The position numbers and the translations under genes are program-made. DNA of 64,000 nt, from positions 128,001 through 192,000 of the forward strand of contig CBDANC010000014.1 in NCBI GenBank assembly GCA_965197425.1. Reading direction: 5' to 3'. Source of the DNA: Bdellovibrionales bacterium. GTDB lineage: Bacteria > Bdellovibrionota > Bdellovibrionia > Bdellovibrionales > JAUICD01. Each line of letters begins with the position of its first letter. Position 1 is the first letter of the stretch. The notes under the pieces are model-generated. The model saw only the letters and a list, made by a program, of their open reading frames with translations. It was not told where the DNA came from and made no database searches. Below are positions 61,756 through 64,000 of this stretch, one piece after another.

Positions 61756-61884
61756 ATGATATTATACCTTAAGTATGCTCTGTGATTTTTTAACGAGTTA
61801 ATACTCTGGCCCTATTTAAGTCAACATTTTAATAATTTTGTGAACTTTAAGCTTTTTATAGAGATGTTTTTACACTCTAGATTT

Positions 61885-62874
61885 TCATGGTGATCTTGTT
61901 TCTTGGCATATTTTATACATAGTTTTTGCTAAGTCTGGGCATTCGTTTAAACATGGAATATATACAAATTTTTCTCCTCCTAGCTCCAAAAATTTTTTTC
62001 TATAGGTTATATCTATTTCCTCCAGAGTTTCTAAGCAATCTACTAAAAAAGAGGGTGATACTACTGCTAGTTTTTTAATTCCTTTTTTGCTCAGTTGTTC
62101 TATTACATGATTGGTGCAGGGTCTAATCCACGGGGTTCGGCCTAGTCTTGATTGAAATCCTACAGAATATTTATCTTTCATACCTACACTGGCAGCAAGG
62201 TTTTGCGCAGTAAAAAAGCATTGGCTTCTGTAGCACTGTGAAATGACAGATATACATGGATTTTTGTCCAAACATGATTTACATTCTGGGAATTCTCCAA
62301 GAATATGTCTTTCTGGGATGGAGTGGAAGGTTATAAGCAGATGTTCGCAGTCAGACAAATATCCTTTTGTGTGATTCGATATTAGGTTCATGTAGCCTGG
62401 GTTATCATAAAAGCTTTTTACAATCCTATATTCGACATCTTCTGTAATTTGAGTCTTAAAGGCTTTGATAGCGGTTTCGGATGAGCTTAGGGTTCTATGG
62501 GGGTACAGCGGTAGTACCACAATGCTTTTTATACCCTCTTTGATAAAAGATTCTATAGTATTTTTTATTGAAGGTTCTCCATATCGCATTGCTAGCCTGA
62601 TTTTACGGCCCTCGAGGGATTGCATTTGGACTGCAAGTTTGTCGCTATATAATAGTAATGGGCTTTTGGTTTTCCAGATTTTTTTATATTTTAAAGCTCC
62701 TGACTTAGATCTGAATGGAGCTATTATTAGATTAACTAGCAAAAATCTAGTTATAAATGGTAGGTCCAGTACCATTGGATCCATAAGGAATTCTCTTAAG
62801 TATTTATATACTTCTAATCTGGTTGGAGCTTTTGGAGTACCTAGATTTATTAGTAAAATACCTGATTTTCCCAT
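61885..62874 (-). CDS. hemH: ferrochelatase
   Basis: NLGTP, MRYGEP, PLYP, FHSIP, FQSRLG, DCLETLEE. Confidence 0.95.
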   Translation of the reverse strand: MGKSGILLINLGTPKAPTRLEVYKYLREFLMDPMVLDLPFITRFLLVNLIIAPFRSKSGALKYKKIWKTKSPLLLYSDKLAVQMQSLEGRKIRLAMRYGEPSIKNTIESFIKEGIKSIVVLPLYPHRTLSSSETAIKAFKTQITEDVEYRIVKSFYDNPGYMNLISNHTKGYLSDCEHLLITFHSIPERHILGEFPECKSCLDKNPCISVISQCYRSQCFFTAQNLAASVGMKDKYSVGFQSRLGRTPWIRPCTNHVIEQLSKKGIKKLAVVSPSFLVDCLETLEEIDITYRKKFLELGGEKFVYIPCLNECPDLAKTMYKICQETRSP

Positions 62875-63074
62875 TCCTTAACCTGTTATTGGATTGATTG
62901 TTATGATATTTACTCTATATATTATCAAATATTCCTATTAAGTTAGCTTTTCTATTGTGCAACTGCACTAAAAATCATTTTTTTTAACAAAAAGTTTAAA
63001 AAAAAATAGACAAATATTTTTATTAGAATATTATTGTGTAGTGTAGTTGTTTTCTGTCCTTGGAGGGGAATTAA

Positions 63075-63587
63075 ATGGCAAAGAAAAAAAAGAAAAAAGC
63101 AGTAAAAAAAGCTGCGAAAAGAAGAGTTGTTAAAAAAGCCACTAGAAAGGCTAAAAAGAAGGTAACCAAGAGAAGAAAGGTTGCTAAGAGAAGAGTTACT
63201 AAGAAAAAGAAAGTAACTAAGAGGAAGGCTAAGAAAAGGGTAACCAAGAAGAAAAAGGTTACTAAGAAAAAGAAGGTAACCAAAAAAAGAAAGGTTGCTA
63301 AGAAAAAGCCTAAGAAGAAGAAAAGAAAGTCTTCTAGAAAGCCAAATGCGGCATTCATGAAGCCTTTGCAACCTGACGCTGTGTTGGCGGCTATTGTTGG
63401 ATCAAAGCCTCTTCCAAGAACAGAAGTTGTAAAGGGTTTGTGGAAGTACATTAAAAGACACAGTCTGCAAGATTCCAGAAATAGAAGGAACATCAATGCA
63501 GACAGTAAGCTTAAAGCCGTGTTTAATGGTAAAGGCACAGTAAGCATGTTCGAAATGAGCAAGCTTATCTCTAAGCACTTGAAGTAG
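63075..63587 (+). CDS. SWIB/MDM2-domain protein with histone H1-like basic N-terminus
   Basis: About 90 aa K/R/V/A/T repeats, then PRTEVVKGLWKYIK..LQD..INAD..MFEM. Confidence 0.9.
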   Translation: MAKKKKKKAVKKAAKRRVVKKATRKAKKKVTKRRKVAKRRVTKKKKVTKRKAKKRVTKKKKVTKKKKVTKKRKVAKKKPKKKKRKSSRKPNAAFMKPLQPDAVLAAIVGSKPLPRTEVVKGLWKYIKRHSLQDSRNRRNINADSKLKAVFNGKGTVSMFEMSKLISKHLK

Positions 63588-63600
63588 TGTTAGAGTGAAT

Positions 63601-63640
63601 AAGGGGGGGTTATTTAAACCCTCCTTCCTTTATTATTTTT
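63601..63640 (+). terminator. probable intrinsic terminator
   Basis: AAGGGGGGGTT/AACCCTCCTT stem followed by T-rich tract. Confidence 0.5.
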
Positions 63641-63688
63641 GTCTTTGGTGATAGTATAGCCTGGTGGTATCTAAGGTAGGTATTTAGG

Positions 63689-64000
63689 GTGACTGTCTTA
63701 TCTGGTGAAGAAATTCAAAAAATGAGGTTGTCTTCCAGACTTGCCGCTCGGGTTTTGGAGCATGTATCTGGTTTTATAAAGCCTGGAGTTAAGACTTTGG
63801 AGATTGATCAGATCTGCCATGACTTTATGTTATCTCACAACGCAACCCCTGCTACTTTAAATTATAGGGGTTATCCTAAATCCACATGTACTTCGGTAAA
63901 CTCAATTATTTGTCATGGTGTTCCTGATGAAACGATTTTAGTTGATGGTGATATTGTGAATGTTGATGTTACCTGTATCTTGGATAGTTTTTATGGAGAT
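63689..64000 (+). CDS. map: type I methionine aminopeptidase (3' truncated; not in ORF track)
   Basis: Manual translation ...GYPKSTCTSVNSIICHGVP...GDIVNVDVT..FYGD. Confidence 0.93.
   Translation, partial: MTVLSGEEIQKMRLSSRLAARVLEHVSGFIKPGVKTLEIDQICHDFMLSHNATPATLNYRGYPKSTCTSVNSIICHGVPDETILVDGDIVNVDVTCILDSFYGD

Noticed and set aside
62952..63562. Two antisense hydrophobic ORFs
   Set aside because: Shadow frames of the low-complexity Lys-rich SWIB gene

Overview
AT-rich bacterial chromosome segment, most likely Bdellovibrionota (YQNC-type lipoprotein signals, GYF_2-TPR protein, deltaproteobacterial-type r-protein cluster); the taxonomy is inferred. Core content: phnDCE, tRNA-Ser, serS, transaldolase, thiI, ppk1, the S10-spc-alpha cluster (no rplX, infA or tuf here), a divergent EF-G cut off from rpsL/rpsG, bioY, ftsQAZ, type II glutamine synthetase, a STAS/RsbW/2x SpoIIE module, tRNA-fMet, hemH, an H1-like/SWIB protein and partial map. 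The main unexplained structure is a dispersed modular repeat at 11 loci, all in one orientation and five inside the r-protein cluster. It has conserved ends (AAGGYCTTCC ... GGTTGCCCAGCTCTACACATGTCATCAAACTCAT) around interchangeable covarying hairpins. At all 9 loci preceding a CDS, the element's own ATG opens a stop-free mini-ORF ending on or beside the next start codon, suggesting a mobile repeat that preserves translational coupling. Also notable: a signal-peptide-bearing Clp-like protein with degenerate Walker motifs, an inverted decayed tRNA-fMet, and an origin-type strand-skew switch near ftsQ/ftsA.
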